Shown: positions 44,486-57,154 of the stretch, piece by piece | How the letters are laid out: each line of letters starts with the position of its first letter | Numbering within the stretch: position 1 is the stretch's first letter | From: Ramazzottius varieornatus | Taxonomy: Eukaryota > Animalia > Tardigrada | NCBI GenBank assembly: GCA_001949185.1 | Contig: BDGG01000006.1 | Span: forward strand, 230,827 to 294,826 | Reading direction: 5' to 3' | DNA length: 64,000 bases | Translations under genes and position numbers: made by a program | Notes under the pieces: generated by a model | Told to the model about the DNA's origin: nothing | What the model saw: the letters and a program-made list of their open reading frames with translations, nothing else | Database searches by the model: none

Positions 44486-44824
44486 TTGATTGATTGCCAT
44501 GTTTGAGTTGGGTTGCACTTGATACTGGGGGAGGCCGTTCTGCCTTTTCGGCATCTTACTGGGTATATCACCCGTCTATTGCTGAGCCGTAAAATTTGTC
44601 ATCTGTTGTCGTTTCCAATTCCAGTATCAAATTTTTTTCCCCCAGTTTTGCGCCGATGTGGAGACAGTGAGGACCAGTGTCCAGTCCTAGATATTGGTCG
44701 GAGTGGACCTGTAACTGCTTTAGCCAACTGCCCACTGGTAAGTGAGATAAGGGGTCTGCGTATAACTGTGCAGTGCGTGAGACTTTTCGTTTTGTGGTTA
44801 CAGGCATCTCTTCAACATGCAAGA

Positions 44825-47625
44825 ATGGTTTGCGGATCCATACCGTTCTCACTTGGGCTTGTCGTACTCTTCAAGTTTGTCCTAGTTTCTGTCGTGTTAG
44901 CGAACGCTTCGGATGCGATCAATCATGGGTATCCGTGCTCAAGGTAGGTCAGGTTCTGCAACAGCTGTTGTTGTTGTTACCTGTTGTGCTGGCGGATTAC
45001 GTGATGTATGGTTAATTACAGTCCCATCTATTGCCGTGGAGCCATTCTGGATGCCGTGCACTCATTCAACATCTTCGAGGACTCGAAGCAGTTCGTGGAT
45101 AAGCCACTGAACAACCGCTCGGTTGACCAGGTGCGCAAAGCTCACTTGTGTCGGCTTGGTGAAAAACCTCCAGCCGATTTCCGGGAGACCGCACCTTAAT
45201 GTCTCTACTTCTTCCTCTCGCCTTGTTCCAGGTTGTGAAAGAATTCCAAGAACTAAGCCAACACACTATGACCGAAGACATAATCAGAGAGTTCCTGTCG
45301 CGCAACTTCCTGCCTGCTGGATCCGGTACGAGCATGAAGAAGGTTGAGAATGCAATGGCAAGAATACGTGTTGATTAATGGCAGCATTCGGGCCTCACAG
45401 AGCTCCATGAACATCTGCCACCAGACTGGAAAACGGTCGAACAGGGAGGACTACCTGTCTACCACCAGATACGCGATGATGGCCTGAAGAAATTTTCCGT
45501 GGCGGTCCACGAGAAGTGGCACAAGCTAGGCAGAAGTGTAAGTTTCCCACGTTGGTCCTCAGCGAGCCGGAAGTCAACAACGTCTAGCGGCTTTTCGACA
45601 GGTTGACATCCATATGCACTGTCATTCTTCACCACAACGGACATTTCATTTGAGCTATGTTAGAGTCTGCCGGATTTGACGTTGTTGACGTGGTGTTGTG
45701 TGTTTCTAGTTTTCTTCGTCAGTGTTCGACTATCCCGAGCAGCACTCACTGGTGGCGGTACCGTATCCCTTCATTATCCCTGGAGGTCGCTTCCGAGAAA
45801 TCTACTACTGGGACTCATTGTGGGTCATTCAAGGCTTGCTGGTTTCCGGCATGGACCAAACAGCGCGTTCCATGATCATGAACTTTATCGAGCTCATTAA
45901 ACGGTCAGCTATCCACATGGCATCATCAATAAAATTGGCGCTGTGATGGAAGAGGTTTTCTTGTCTTTCAGATTTGGACACATTCCCAACGGAAGCCGCG
46001 TTTACTACCGGAAGCGATCGCAGCCGCCCATCCTAGCCCTGGCCGTGGAGGCGTACACCAAGCACCCAAATGTCCCTGCCCACGACAAGCAATCGCTGAT
46101 CGAGCTGGTCTTGCCCTTTCTGGAGAAGGAGCACGACTACTGGATGAGAAGGCACAAGGTGGTCATCGCCAAGGATGGCAAAAAGTACCTGTTGAATGTC
46201 TACAAAGGTGGTCAGTCACAACCACGCCCTGAATCGTATTGGGAAGACGTCACCAACGCCGCAAGCTTCAATAATTCTCATAGTCAGTAATACGAGTCCA
46301 TTATGTCCTGTACGGTGTCTAGATGAGGTGAAACGAAGTCACTGGGTGCATTGCTTTGTGGTAGGCAAAAGTTTGTTCTACCAGAACGTGGCAGCTGCGG
46401 CCGAAAGTGGCTGGGACTTTTCGTCGCGCTGGCTGGACACGGCCACTTCCGCCTTCACCACCATACGCACGCAGGAGATTGTCCCCGTCGACCTCAACGC
46501 CTACCTTTGTGCACAGGAAACTCTTCTTGGCCACTTCAACGAACTGATAGGTGAACTCAGATACATACACAGTATTGCTTTAACTTTTTCCAGCATTTCT
46601 TGTGGAAAAGTCCCCTTCAGGCTACAGTTCTCACAGGAAATAGAAACGCAGCGATGAAGTTTCGCGAAAAGGCACTGGACAGGGGCGATGCCATCGAGGC
46701 TTTGCTCTGGAATGATTCTCTGAAGATGTGGCGAGATTTCGATTTGAGGCACGATCGCCAACGAGAACACTTTTACATTAGTCACGTGACACCGCTTTAC
46801 ACTCGTTGCAATAGCCGCAAAACCAACGTAACCGCCACCGACTTCCTGCGTAAGCTTCTGGCCTCGAACGATGTAATAAACGCAGTGCTTATGCTCTTCG
46901 AAAATGTCGTGTTAATTGTTTGTAGATTGGTCCTCTTATTGCAGATACAAAAGGTGACGGCCTATCCCGGAGGCTTCCCTGCATCCTTGATTGCCGCTGC
47001 GCCGTGTTGCCAATGGGACTTTCCTAATGCTTGGCCGCCACACCAGCTCATGCTCATTGAAGGTACTACAGAACCTTTCAAAGTCTGCTGTCTCTATCAA
47101 AACTAGAGTTGAAAAGTATTTTTGTGTGAGATTTTCAGGCTTCGCCCAGAACTGGGATGTCAGAGCGGAAGTGGTGCCTTGGGCGCAGAAATGGATGTTG
47201 GCGGTACTGATTGGATATCAAACTTCGGGCTACTTTTATGAGAAGGTACGATACTTTAAGCTCTAGCTGAAACCATTCTGCGAAGGGTCGCTGGTAAAGA
47301 TGGTGACTTTGTCGCTGTGTAGTACGATGCCACCGTTGCCGGCAAATACGGTGGTGGAGGTGAATACAAGGTCCAAGAGGGTTTTGGCTGGACCAATGGG
47401 GGCATACTCCGCTTGTTGGAGCTGTTCCCCACGGACCTCACTAGTCAGTATCGACCGGCCTCCCTCCATCCAGCTGGTCTGCATCAAAGATTCTCCACAT
47501 CTTTACTGTTATGGTGTCTCATACCTCTCACTCTGCCGGTGATGCTCTTTGTCTTTCGAAAAGCCATTTTCACTCATAAGTGTTTCAAACTGCTCTTTCG
47601 AAAATCGACCTACGTAAAGCTCTGA
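44825..47625 (+). CDS. TREH: Trehalase (GH37), with signal peptide and C-terminal transmembrane segment
   Basis: DSKQFVD, PGGRFREIYYWDS, NGSRVYYRKRSQPP, PRPESY, ESGWDFSSRW, QWDFPNAWPP and GGGGEYKVQEGFGWTNG; hydrophobic LLLWCLIPLTLPVMLFVF before a basic tail. Confidence 0.95.
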
Positions 47626-49415
47626 GTACTAATCCCTCAACCTCAGAGATTTTCCCTCCATTTTTCCACAGACTTGACTATTTTCCCGCTGGTGCAGCAG
47701 GCTTCATTCAAGCTGAATAGAGATTAATATTTTTATAAAGTTAATTTCCTTCCGATAAGCACATGTCCAGATTTGAGCGCCGGTAGGATACTCAGAAGGT
47801 CCGTCCAGCTATACAGCTGCTGTACGTTTCCTTCACAAGTCGCCATCGGAATTGGCAAAGCGATTCATGGAATATAGAACAGTAGGTGCAGTCCTTCGCA
47901 GTTTCTTACGATGCAGGATAGCCGGCACAATGTGAGTGCTTTCCTTCTTCTGTTAGGTCAGTGTGCTGAGAAAGGCAGGGTGACCAAGGGGACGTCGATG
48001 GGACAAGGCGCTGGACGGTAGGCGCTGACTTGCGGTAAGCACTGCGAGGATGTTGTAGGGCGAAGGGTATCCGCGCTCAGCGTAGGCTACACCTCGTTGG
48101 CTGTGGTCGGGCGACCTAGTACCACTGCACTTTGTGGCAGATGATGCAAGAGGTCTTGCTCTCACGAGACTGAAACCAGACCAGAAGGCAAAAGCAGGAC
48201 ATGTGACATAAATCTCTGACACATGCGCATAACGCCGGCGATGAGGAGACACTACCGGCCTCAATGTATGTATATACAACAGTCCGACTTCAACAAGACC
48301 AGCTTTACACTTTGCGCGCCATCGTCATCATGGCCATTACATCAGGCATGTGTATAGGCTAACAAGGTCCGCGTAACAGGTTGCACTCTTCTGGCCATAC
48401 TCATATTACTCTTGCAACACCACAGAACGGCTAGCTAATGATGCTCCTCACTTCCGGCACTTGTATGTACCTTACTGCCCACCGTAAGGTCCACTATATC
48501 GCTCTTCTCTGGCTACGTCATCGTTCAACCACGCGCTTTCACACTAAAATAAACATTAGAAACTAATCATACAATGGACGGCACTTTCCATATGAGTAGC
48601 GTGTGGAGGTATGAAACGATGATGGCCGGTTTGAAGAGGGAGAACATGTAGCTGTATGTTGGTTCTTCGGTCTCCACCATTTTGAGAGTGCTCAGTGGAA
48701 AGATGCCGAGTCAGTATTGTCATTGGCCATTCGCCATCCTTCTCCATCCATGGGCTCTTTTGCTTTTGGCCAAAGCCATGACAGCTCCGTGATAAAGCCC
48801 TAGTCGCTGGGTTCGCTGGCCATAGCTGTTGAGTTCGCCACTATCCATCCATCCACTTTAGCCTTTTCTGCTTAGTGGGCAAATACTTGCCGACGTTGGC
48901 TTATTCACTGCACCTTTCCTTGGAGAGGCTTGTATGCCTTAATTCTTTGCACTTGGACTATATGCACATGACGTGTTCTTTCTTCCACCATCCTTGTATA
49001 CTGTTTCTGTAAAGGTCGCTGTAATGCATGATGATGGCTGATTGTGCTGAATGTGTATAATATAGCGGCTGAGCGTACAGCCAACAGCGTTGATGGGAGG
49101 AAGAAGGCGGGCTATACGACGGTGGAGTGCTGACTGCTGCTTCTCGTCATCATCACTTTCTGTTTGTTCCCTTTCCGTCAACTTTTTCAAAACGTTGGAT
49201 GTGGTAGGTAAAATTATTAGCTGATGGAGTAAAGTCGAGTCGCGCTGAGCTGCGCATAACTGCGTTTCTCGTCAAGGAGAAGCCAGAACTTGCATATGCC
49301 TTGCTGAGGTCTCTGTTGCGCCGAAAGGAAAAATCTGTCGAGTTCGCCAGAAAACTTGCAGGATCAGAGCTTTGTCTCCAGATCCGTTGGGTCGCCTAGC
49401 TCTATATAGAGGAAA

Positions 49416-52224
49416 ATGATGATGTCCATGCAGCAGAATGGCGCTGCCTCAGCTCCAGCCGAAGGTCCGTCGACGGGCAACACTGCCACTCAACACTTGC
49501 TGTATTATCCCCATCGCGCCTTCTCTTCCTCCTCCTCCGCTCACCCGCGCACTACCAACTTGGACAATGACGAAGCCGAGCCTGACTCCCACAACAGCAG
49601 CCATGGCCACAATATGGCCGACATGGAAGGAGCCAGCCCGCCCTTACCCGACTCCTCTGGAGCCACCTCTTCCGACTATGGCTGCTGTCCCTCGCCCACT
49701 CAACACCAGCAGCAACAGCAGCAGCAGCAGCCACAACCACACCACCATCATTCCATGCCCTTAATCAATAACGCCGGAGGTCACTTGATCAGCCTGGAAC
49801 ACTTGGAACATGGTCCGCCACCGGGTCAGTCAAGTATACAATCAAACAGCAACCAACAACAAAATATATTCTTGCCATCAAAATTATACGCAAATTTGAC
49901 AAATTCAATATGACTGATTTACTAATGTTTGGTTGTGAATTGGCTTGAAGTTCAAAAGTGTTTTTGGTGGATGGTAGGGACGGTCATCTTCCACCAGCCG
50001 CATCTATTCAAAGCCAACGAAGGACAGGGCAACAACCACGAACACAATCACCACTGTCATGTCCAGCAAATCGGTGCCGGTAATTTCCTATTACATCCCA
50101 ATGGCTCCATCGAATTAACGGGAAGTCGAGGGACCATGTCGCCGGAGATGAACGTTAATATGCAGTTGGAAGGCTGGCCTTTTGCCGGTGCCATGCCCTT
50201 GACGGCTCTCTCGCCGGCCAGCCTCCATTCCCATGCCGCCCTCCAAAACCTACAAGGCAGTTATCCCGCCGCTTATAACCTCAACATCAACACCATTCCA
50301 CTCCATCACATGCAAGCTTCCCAACAGCAACAGTCACACCATCATGGCCAGCAACAGATGGACAACGGCTCCAATACGCCATCGCTCAACGGACCTCATC
50401 ATACGGTAGGTACCGCTAAGCAGCTTCAAAGGTCACATGGCAAGTTCCAACTATGAACATTTTCCAGAAATATAAGTCGGTTGTATTGCTTCCTGTGGAA
50501 CGTTCAAGTTTTGAGTCTCCCAATGACATAGGTCGGGAAATGTAGGTTGGTCAGCGAGCTCACCAGGAGGAGAAAGGGTCTTCGATTTTCTAGGAGCCTT
50601 GCTCAGCTTAAGACAGCGCTGCTTGTATAGCGTAGTCGCCCCCACGTGACTGCATTTGCCGAGGGAAAAGTTATGTTCGGTCTTCTGTAAGGTGCTGTTT
50701 AGAGAAGTGACGTAAAGCGGAAAAGCCAGAGTTTTGGCCAGTGTTAAGATAAGCCGGACAAGTCGTGTTATTTTACCAAGCATTACGTTGAGTAAACAGC
50801 AGCTTGCTTATGTCAAAACACCAGCCATCAAACCTTAGACGAATCATACTGCACAGGTCTTTCCACCGTCACTCTAACCAAGTATTTTTGTACGAAGCCG
50901 GAAGACCCAAAGGTCTCTGGTCGTTGACGCTGCGAAAAGTTGGAGGATATTCTCTGCCGATTTCTGGGCTGGAAAGCTTTATAGAAAGCGGTGGGAGAAA
51001 AGAGAGATACCCTGTATTAGAACCGTGGGCAAGGCACTAGTACTGTGTGCTTGCGGTTGTACGGTTATGAACGTCTGCGGTCGCGACGTTTGCCGATTAT
51101 CAGAGGATATTATGAAGGCAGATGAGATGTCAGAGGTGGCCAGTTGTCAAGTCTCGTGAGATGAAGATGGAGGCGCGCATCCATTACCTCGTCACAGTAC
51201 TGGCCCGCATCACACCTGTGAGCAGTGCATGTTATATAGCTGGATGATCTACTTGATCCGCTTTGCTCTCTAATGTAACCTACTTGACGGCAGCCGCTAT
51301 ACTCTTTTGTCCTCTTATGTTATGTCCTCATCCTCAGCAAACATTGCCATCATATTCATGGCGCAATCGCCTCTCTATACATATTACATACCCTATAACC
51401 ACCAGTACGCCGTCCCCAACTCCCCAGATAACTTGTATCCGTTGTGGGCTAAGACCAACACAACACTGTCATGAATTATCGATGGCGCTAACAAGGCAAA
51501 TGCGGTGTACTGTAGGTCTCATTAACGCTGTGGAGTTAACTTAGATGGCCAACTGAATCTGCCTTTTCTCTACGAGAATGGGTAACGGGGCCGTGCCCGG
51601 CACGGACTTGTTGTACGTCTTCCGCATTAATATCGTAGCAAAAGGGCCAAACGGGCGCAAACACGCAAAACTGGTCTTACTTGGTCTTTCCCTTTGTAGT
51701 CGGTCATCCAAGAGTCTCGCCGGGGAAATGTAGCCGACCTCTTGGAAGAGCAAGAGCTGGTGCAGCTGTCAGTTCGCGAGCTGAATAAGCGACTGCACGG
51801 CGCTCATCGCGACGAAGTCATCCGCATCAAGCAGAAGCGGCGAACGCTGAAGAATCGCGGCTACGCTCAAAACTGCCGCTCCAAACGCATGCAACAACGG
51901 CACGATCTGGAAGGGCAGAACCGTATCCTGCAGAACGAGGTGGCTCACCTGCGTCGTCAGCTGGATGAAGTCTGCAAACAACGCGACAATCTCCAGCGCC
52001 AACTACACAACGGCCAGCTGCAGAGCACTCCTACGGACCCGAGCTCCGCAACGACAGAGAGCGCCACTAGTAATGGTGGCGCTGGCGCTAGCAATAAACA
52101 CGCCTATGTCAACACCATCACGCCGACCAGCAGTGTCCTGCAAAACAATTCGCCCTATAATACTCGTCGACAACACGAATCTTCTTCCCGCGAAAGTCGT
52201 TCTTTGCGGACGGAGGATATCTGA
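49416..52224 (+). CDS. tj: Large Maf bZIP transcription factor (traffic jam-like)
   Basis: Exons 49416-49824, 49978-50405 and 51700-52224 in frame. His/Gln-rich N-terminus; EHR plus basic region [13 protein letters not shown]...[20 protein letters not shown] and a leucine zipper. Confidence 0.92.
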
Positions 52225-52850
52225 AGAACCATTCGCTTGACTCAGGCCCGATTCCTTCCTCCTTTTTTGAACATTTCCGACCACCACTGTTTACTGCACC
52301 AAGATTACCTAGAAGAAAGCCGGTGGCACTACTCACCATCAAAGATTAACCAAGAGTTTTTTATCAGAGTTCCTCGACGTTTTCCTGCAATAAGACACCT
52401 TATTCACTATACTCGGATTTACCTCATACATTTGTATTAAACGGATCTGTAGTACGAAACTGTCCCTTGTCGTACATTGTAGCGTATTCATCCACCGCAT
52501 TTTCTAGTAATTAGGGAGTCATTATACGGATTCAAGATTTTTTATTTAGCCGGACTTCTGCTGCAAAACAAAAGCAACAGCGTACTTCCGGTTTACACCA
52601 CCAGCCTGTTTTTTTTACTGCCGTCAAACTAATTAAACTGGAGCAGAGTACGCTGGATGATAAAATTCCACGGTCGAGATGACAAGCGGAGAACTGCTAC
52701 AGTCCCTAGCGATCGATTATACTGTATAATATACATACAGTCTGATTATGCCCATGGCGGAACTTGACACATGTCATATCCGGCAGACAAAGTATAGCTC
52801 AAGTTGAGAGGAAATAAGTAATGTACAGTGGAAGGGTGAAGAGCACCAGT

Positions 52851-53291
52851 CTAGTCTTCGTCACTGGGGACGAAGATGTCGTTCTCTTCCAGGAAGCGGG
52901 ACAAGAGCTGGCTGCACAGCGAGCCGAAGAAGACGCCGCCGGAGGCGACAATGACGGCGAGAAGAACCCTGAGGGCAGTGTTGGGTGGCGGTGCTGGCGG
53001 ACAGTAGCCGTCAGGTATCGCCAGCCTGCCGGATAATGAGGAAGAAGGCGGCAGCCTGTTGGCACGGACGTTCTGCAGCATCTTGTTGGCCATCATGGAT
53101 TGCAGAAAGGCCGAGCTGGACGACTCCCAGCGACGGGGAGGGATTAAAAGTAGTGCAGGCAACCTTGAGCTTGTTACCGGACCGTCTGCGGCTTTTGCTG
53201 GATGAAAGCCCTTTGGAGAACTGCAACTGGGACGAAGAAGAGAGGTAGCTGCGGGACTATACAGCGCACGTCGCATCCCCAAGACCAGCAT
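52851..53291 (-). CDS. SMDT1: EMRE, essential MCU regulator
   Basis: C-terminal TM with GSLCS (GxxxS) followed by FLEENDIFVPSDED; presequence-like N-terminus. The start is uncertain (53291 preferred; the ORF extends to 53369). Confidence 0.85.
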   Translation of the reverse strand: MLVLGMRRALYSPAATSLLRPSCSSPKGFHPAKAADGPVTSSRLPALLLIPPRRWESSSSAFLQSMMANKMLQNVRANRLPPSSSLSGRLAIPDGYCPPAPPPNTALRVLLAVIVASGGVFFGSLCSQLLSRFLEENDIFVPSDED

Positions 53292-54064
53292 CGTTGCCCC
53301 ACTTCCCACCCTGGGGAGGGATGATCGCTGATTATTCTCTTCCTGATCGAACAAAATGGACTTGCTCAATGGGTTTGTGGGTTACAAAGGATATCCAAAC
53401 CATAATTTATATAGCATACCTGGATGAGACCTTGTTCGTCAGTGTAGCCTTCAGCGTATGTGTCAGGAAGATGCAGGTGACGTTCGGTAAGTCACACAGC
53501 TTCCAGTGCTCTTCCGCACTTAAGGACGTCGCAGACACCGTTCAAAGCGTTCACCATGTGACACTTGGTATTCTAAATGGAAAAATAAAAACACAAGTTA
53601 AGTTCCGGTATATTTGACGCAAAAAGTGGAAAGCAAGAGAAGGCTGCAGACTCTATACTGAAGCACTATGCTCGTGTGTTTTTCTCTTCTATGCAGCTTA
53701 GTCAACTCAGACGTGAGCAGTCCAACAAGAATACAAGATGAGCCGGGCTTCATACTGCCGCGCTGTGTATTTTACCAGTACAGTAATAGCGCAAGTGCTT
53801 TCGATCAATATTCGACAGCCCTCCTGTACGCTGCTAGAAGCGGAAGTACTCTCACCGGGTCCTTCCAGTTCGAGCGTGTACCACCGTACCATACTCTCGT
53901 GCTGTACAACCATACCGCATCTCCGTAACCTGCACACTGAGAAAGGTTACATCATGACGGCTAGCGTTGATTCTTGATGCTTCCAATTTCAAAATCGATC
54001 TTGTGTAATTGTATTGTCCACGTTTGATTTCTTGGCAGAGTTTTTGTCGAAGGAAAGGCCAAAG

Positions 54065-55026
54065 ATGCTGCTGTTGATAGTCCCACGTCGCTTCGTCCAC
54101 TTGACAAGACAAAGATGGCAGCAGCTTCGTCCGCGGATAAAGTTCCCCGAGCCAGCTGGAGAGCATGCCTTAGCTGGGACGTCGACCACTGTCCTGAGAG
54201 ATCTGCCCGTCACGGCCAACTTAACCAAGGATGTCCTGCTGTACTCCTTCGACAAGAAGCCCTTCTTCACTTACATGACCATCTTTGGCGCCTTGCAGCT
54301 CATCTTTTGGGGCCAGATGGCTTTCCTCAACATCGAGATGTACAAACGCCAGCAGCGTAGATTGTTAGCTGCCTCGCCGGCTGCCGCTCCTGCTGTTTCC
54401 TCTTCTTCGACGGACGCTTCTCCCCTGAACGAAAATGCAAAGGAAACCAAAACCACGGCGGCAGTATTGGACACAGAAGAGGACAATCGGTGGTATGTGA
54501 AATACTTGCAGAAGGTTGGAATGATGGGCGCAAAATACCCGGCTGCCTTGGGCATAACCTACCTATTGATCGGTGAGTGGCGCATGACGTCTTGCGCAAG
54601 TTCATCCGAACAGACAGTGCACAGTCTTGCCTTTTTTCTACGGTGTATCTCACCGTAAATTTCTGAAGAGGGCGTTGCCTTATGTGGGAACTGCGCTCTT
54701 TTGCTGACGATTGGTTTGCTTATTTGACAGGATGCGCCATTACGTACGGAACATGGTTCTTCGCATTGCGGTCCGTGCACATGCTGGTATTGTTGAAGGG
54801 AGGCAGGAATGTTTCAGTGACGACATTTGGTCCCTTTGGCCGGCTAAGAGCCTTTACGGTGCCTTTGAGTCAGATGACATCCAGCAGTAGCCGAACTTCT
54901 TTATCTGGTTATATGCGGTTGAAAGTGAAGAATCGTATCAGTTATTTTTTAATGGACAAACGTGGTGTCTTTCATAATCCTCAACTCTTTGATGTGACAG
55001 CCGGACTGTCCCGTAGAATATCTTGA
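54065..55026 (+). CDS. TMEM223: TMEM223 mitochondrial inner-membrane protein
   Basis: Exons 54065-54572 and 54731-55026. DVLLYSFDKKPFF...QLIFW, RSVHMLVLLKGG and LKVKNR...FLMDKRGVFHNPQLFDVTAG. Confidence 0.88.
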
Positions 55027-55312
55027 CCGAGAGCCTGGATTGAAAAGGCCGTATTACCTATAATTATTACTGCTGCAGTAGTTTCTGTGATAAGATGAGG
55101 TTGAGTTGTTTCCTCACGAGCCACTCGTCTTTCACTGAGGCGTTACTGTGGAAACGTCGACTACGCCAGAGCCTGGAGTAGAGACTCTGGCGATTACATT
55201 TTGTTTCGAAATGGTTGATCTGTCCTACATAGTACATACGTAGCTTCAGTCTGATCTATTGTAGCCACAAATTTCAATTTTGATCCTTCAAAGTTTATCG
55301 AATCATTGTGCT

Positions 55313-56875
55313 ATGGCGGACAATAGGGACAGTGCTGCCGGATGGCGACCCGACAGTCCGAATTCGACGACACCGCCCAAGAACTTGAACAGCTTTGGAG
55401 GCCGAAATCGATACAGCACTAAATATCCGGTTGAACCAGGTAAGTGTCGTCAGTTATTGCATTGCGGATATCCCCGTCAAACATATTGATGTCCGTAGAC
55501 GATAACGTCAATGGCAGAAACTTGGATAAGTCCAACGAGTTCGCTCAGATGGCTGATGTCAGACCACCGGCCAAGATTACGGCCGATGGTTTTATAGCCA
55601 AGGCAGAAGCTATCCTAAAACTGGATGGGAACGTGTCGGAGAACTCCAGTGAAAATGACGACCAGTCTGACCAAGATGCTGTCTCGCCCCGCTCCAAAAA
55701 CCAATCTGCCACCGGCCGAGGCAAGTCTGACAACACAACACCCTTATACTGTAATTACAGTACAGGTATAGCCTGATCAACAAGGTTTTCTCTGGGTTTA
55801 AAAACAGGGAAGCCTTTCTTGCGACAGTATTCTACCTTTTTCAAATTGACTTTATTTATGGGGTATTGTTTTCGATTGCATACAAGAAGAATGTAGCTCT
55901 GTGTTGTGGATGATAGTTTCGTGGAGAGAGCAGAAGCTGAAGCAATGGCAGGGTCAGCGTGATGGTTCATCCCGCTCCAAGTCTAGATCGCGTTCTCGCA
56001 AGCGGTCGCAGCGACGGCAGAGCGTTGATGTCAACAACGAACTGCTGGACGGTGAGATGGAAGCCAACAAGGAAGGTTTGAAGGACGACGACGAAGGGAT
56101 GGACTTTCCCCCACCACCTCCATCTTTCAGCACAGAAGCCGACAGCAACAGCGCTGCACAGGACGCACCTCCCAACGAAGCCAGCAGGCCCAACCAAGAC
56201 CAACATCCTTACCGCAACCAGAACCCAGAGGAGGATCAGAATCAGGAGCAGAAGCAAGCCCAACAGCAGCTCCACAACGAGCACAAGGCCGAAAAAGAAG
56301 TTTCAAAGAGGGAAGGCCATCCAGATGAAAAGACGGAGGGCAATTCGGAGGACAAGTCGAGAAAGGCTGCTGCAGGCAAGAATGATCAACAGACGAAATC
56401 GCCGACAGGTAATGGGCAGAGCAAGTTCGATGAGAATGCCGATCTGAAAGAACGACGAGCTCGCCGAAAGACGCCGTCGGCGCCGGCCACTGCAGATACG
56501 GAGAAAGGCCCGAGGTGGCACAAGGGTGGCCTGAGTATGGAGGTGGACCTCAACGACGACTCGGAGAGCAACACCTTCACCTTCGTTGATTCCATGTACC
56601 GCGCGCCGCGCCTGGTCAAGTGGGCAGCGGGCGCCATGACGGCCCTCATGTTGAGCATGCTATTTATCGCTCTGCAGCATCGCCTCTTCGGCAAGGAGTT
56701 TATAGGCCGCAGGTGGATGTCCATTCTTGCCTTGAGTGTGGTGCTGCTCGTCTTGCTGACCATGGTCTTGAGCAGCGTCAACCCCGTTCGCTTTGTTCGC
56801 AAGTTCCGCACTGATGCCGCAAGAAATCAGGCCGAAAGGCAACAACGCAAAGCTGACTTGTTGAAACAGTTTTGA
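55313..56875 (+). CDS. Orphan ~450-aa disordered protein with two C-terminal transmembrane segments
   Basis: Exons 55313-55439, 55499-55765 and 55917-56875 splice in frame (1353 nt). RS-rich patch, DFPPPPP motif and two hydrophobic helices near the C-terminus. Confidence 0.7.
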
Positions 56876-57154
56876 AGAGGACTGATGCTGATTCCTTTTG
56901 GCCAAACTTCAACCAGGAACATCGGTCACGGTCACCTGCTCGCTACTCGTACTGATAGACGCCGTGCGCAATTCTGCTTCCGGCAAAATGTGCACCTTTT
57001 CATGAAACCGAGATATTTTATGTCCACATTTTTCTACACTTTTCACCGAGAGCTTCCGTAGGAAAATCCTGTAACCACGTTGCAATACAGTTTTGAGATG
57101 AAGAAGAGCTTTGATAACCCCAATGATTTTACAAATAAGACCACAAAAAAGCCT

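Noticed and set aside
53668-53977. Short ORFs between EMRE and TMEM223
   Set aside because: No recognisable motif, and the candidate splice joins give stops; more likely UTR or promoter sequence.
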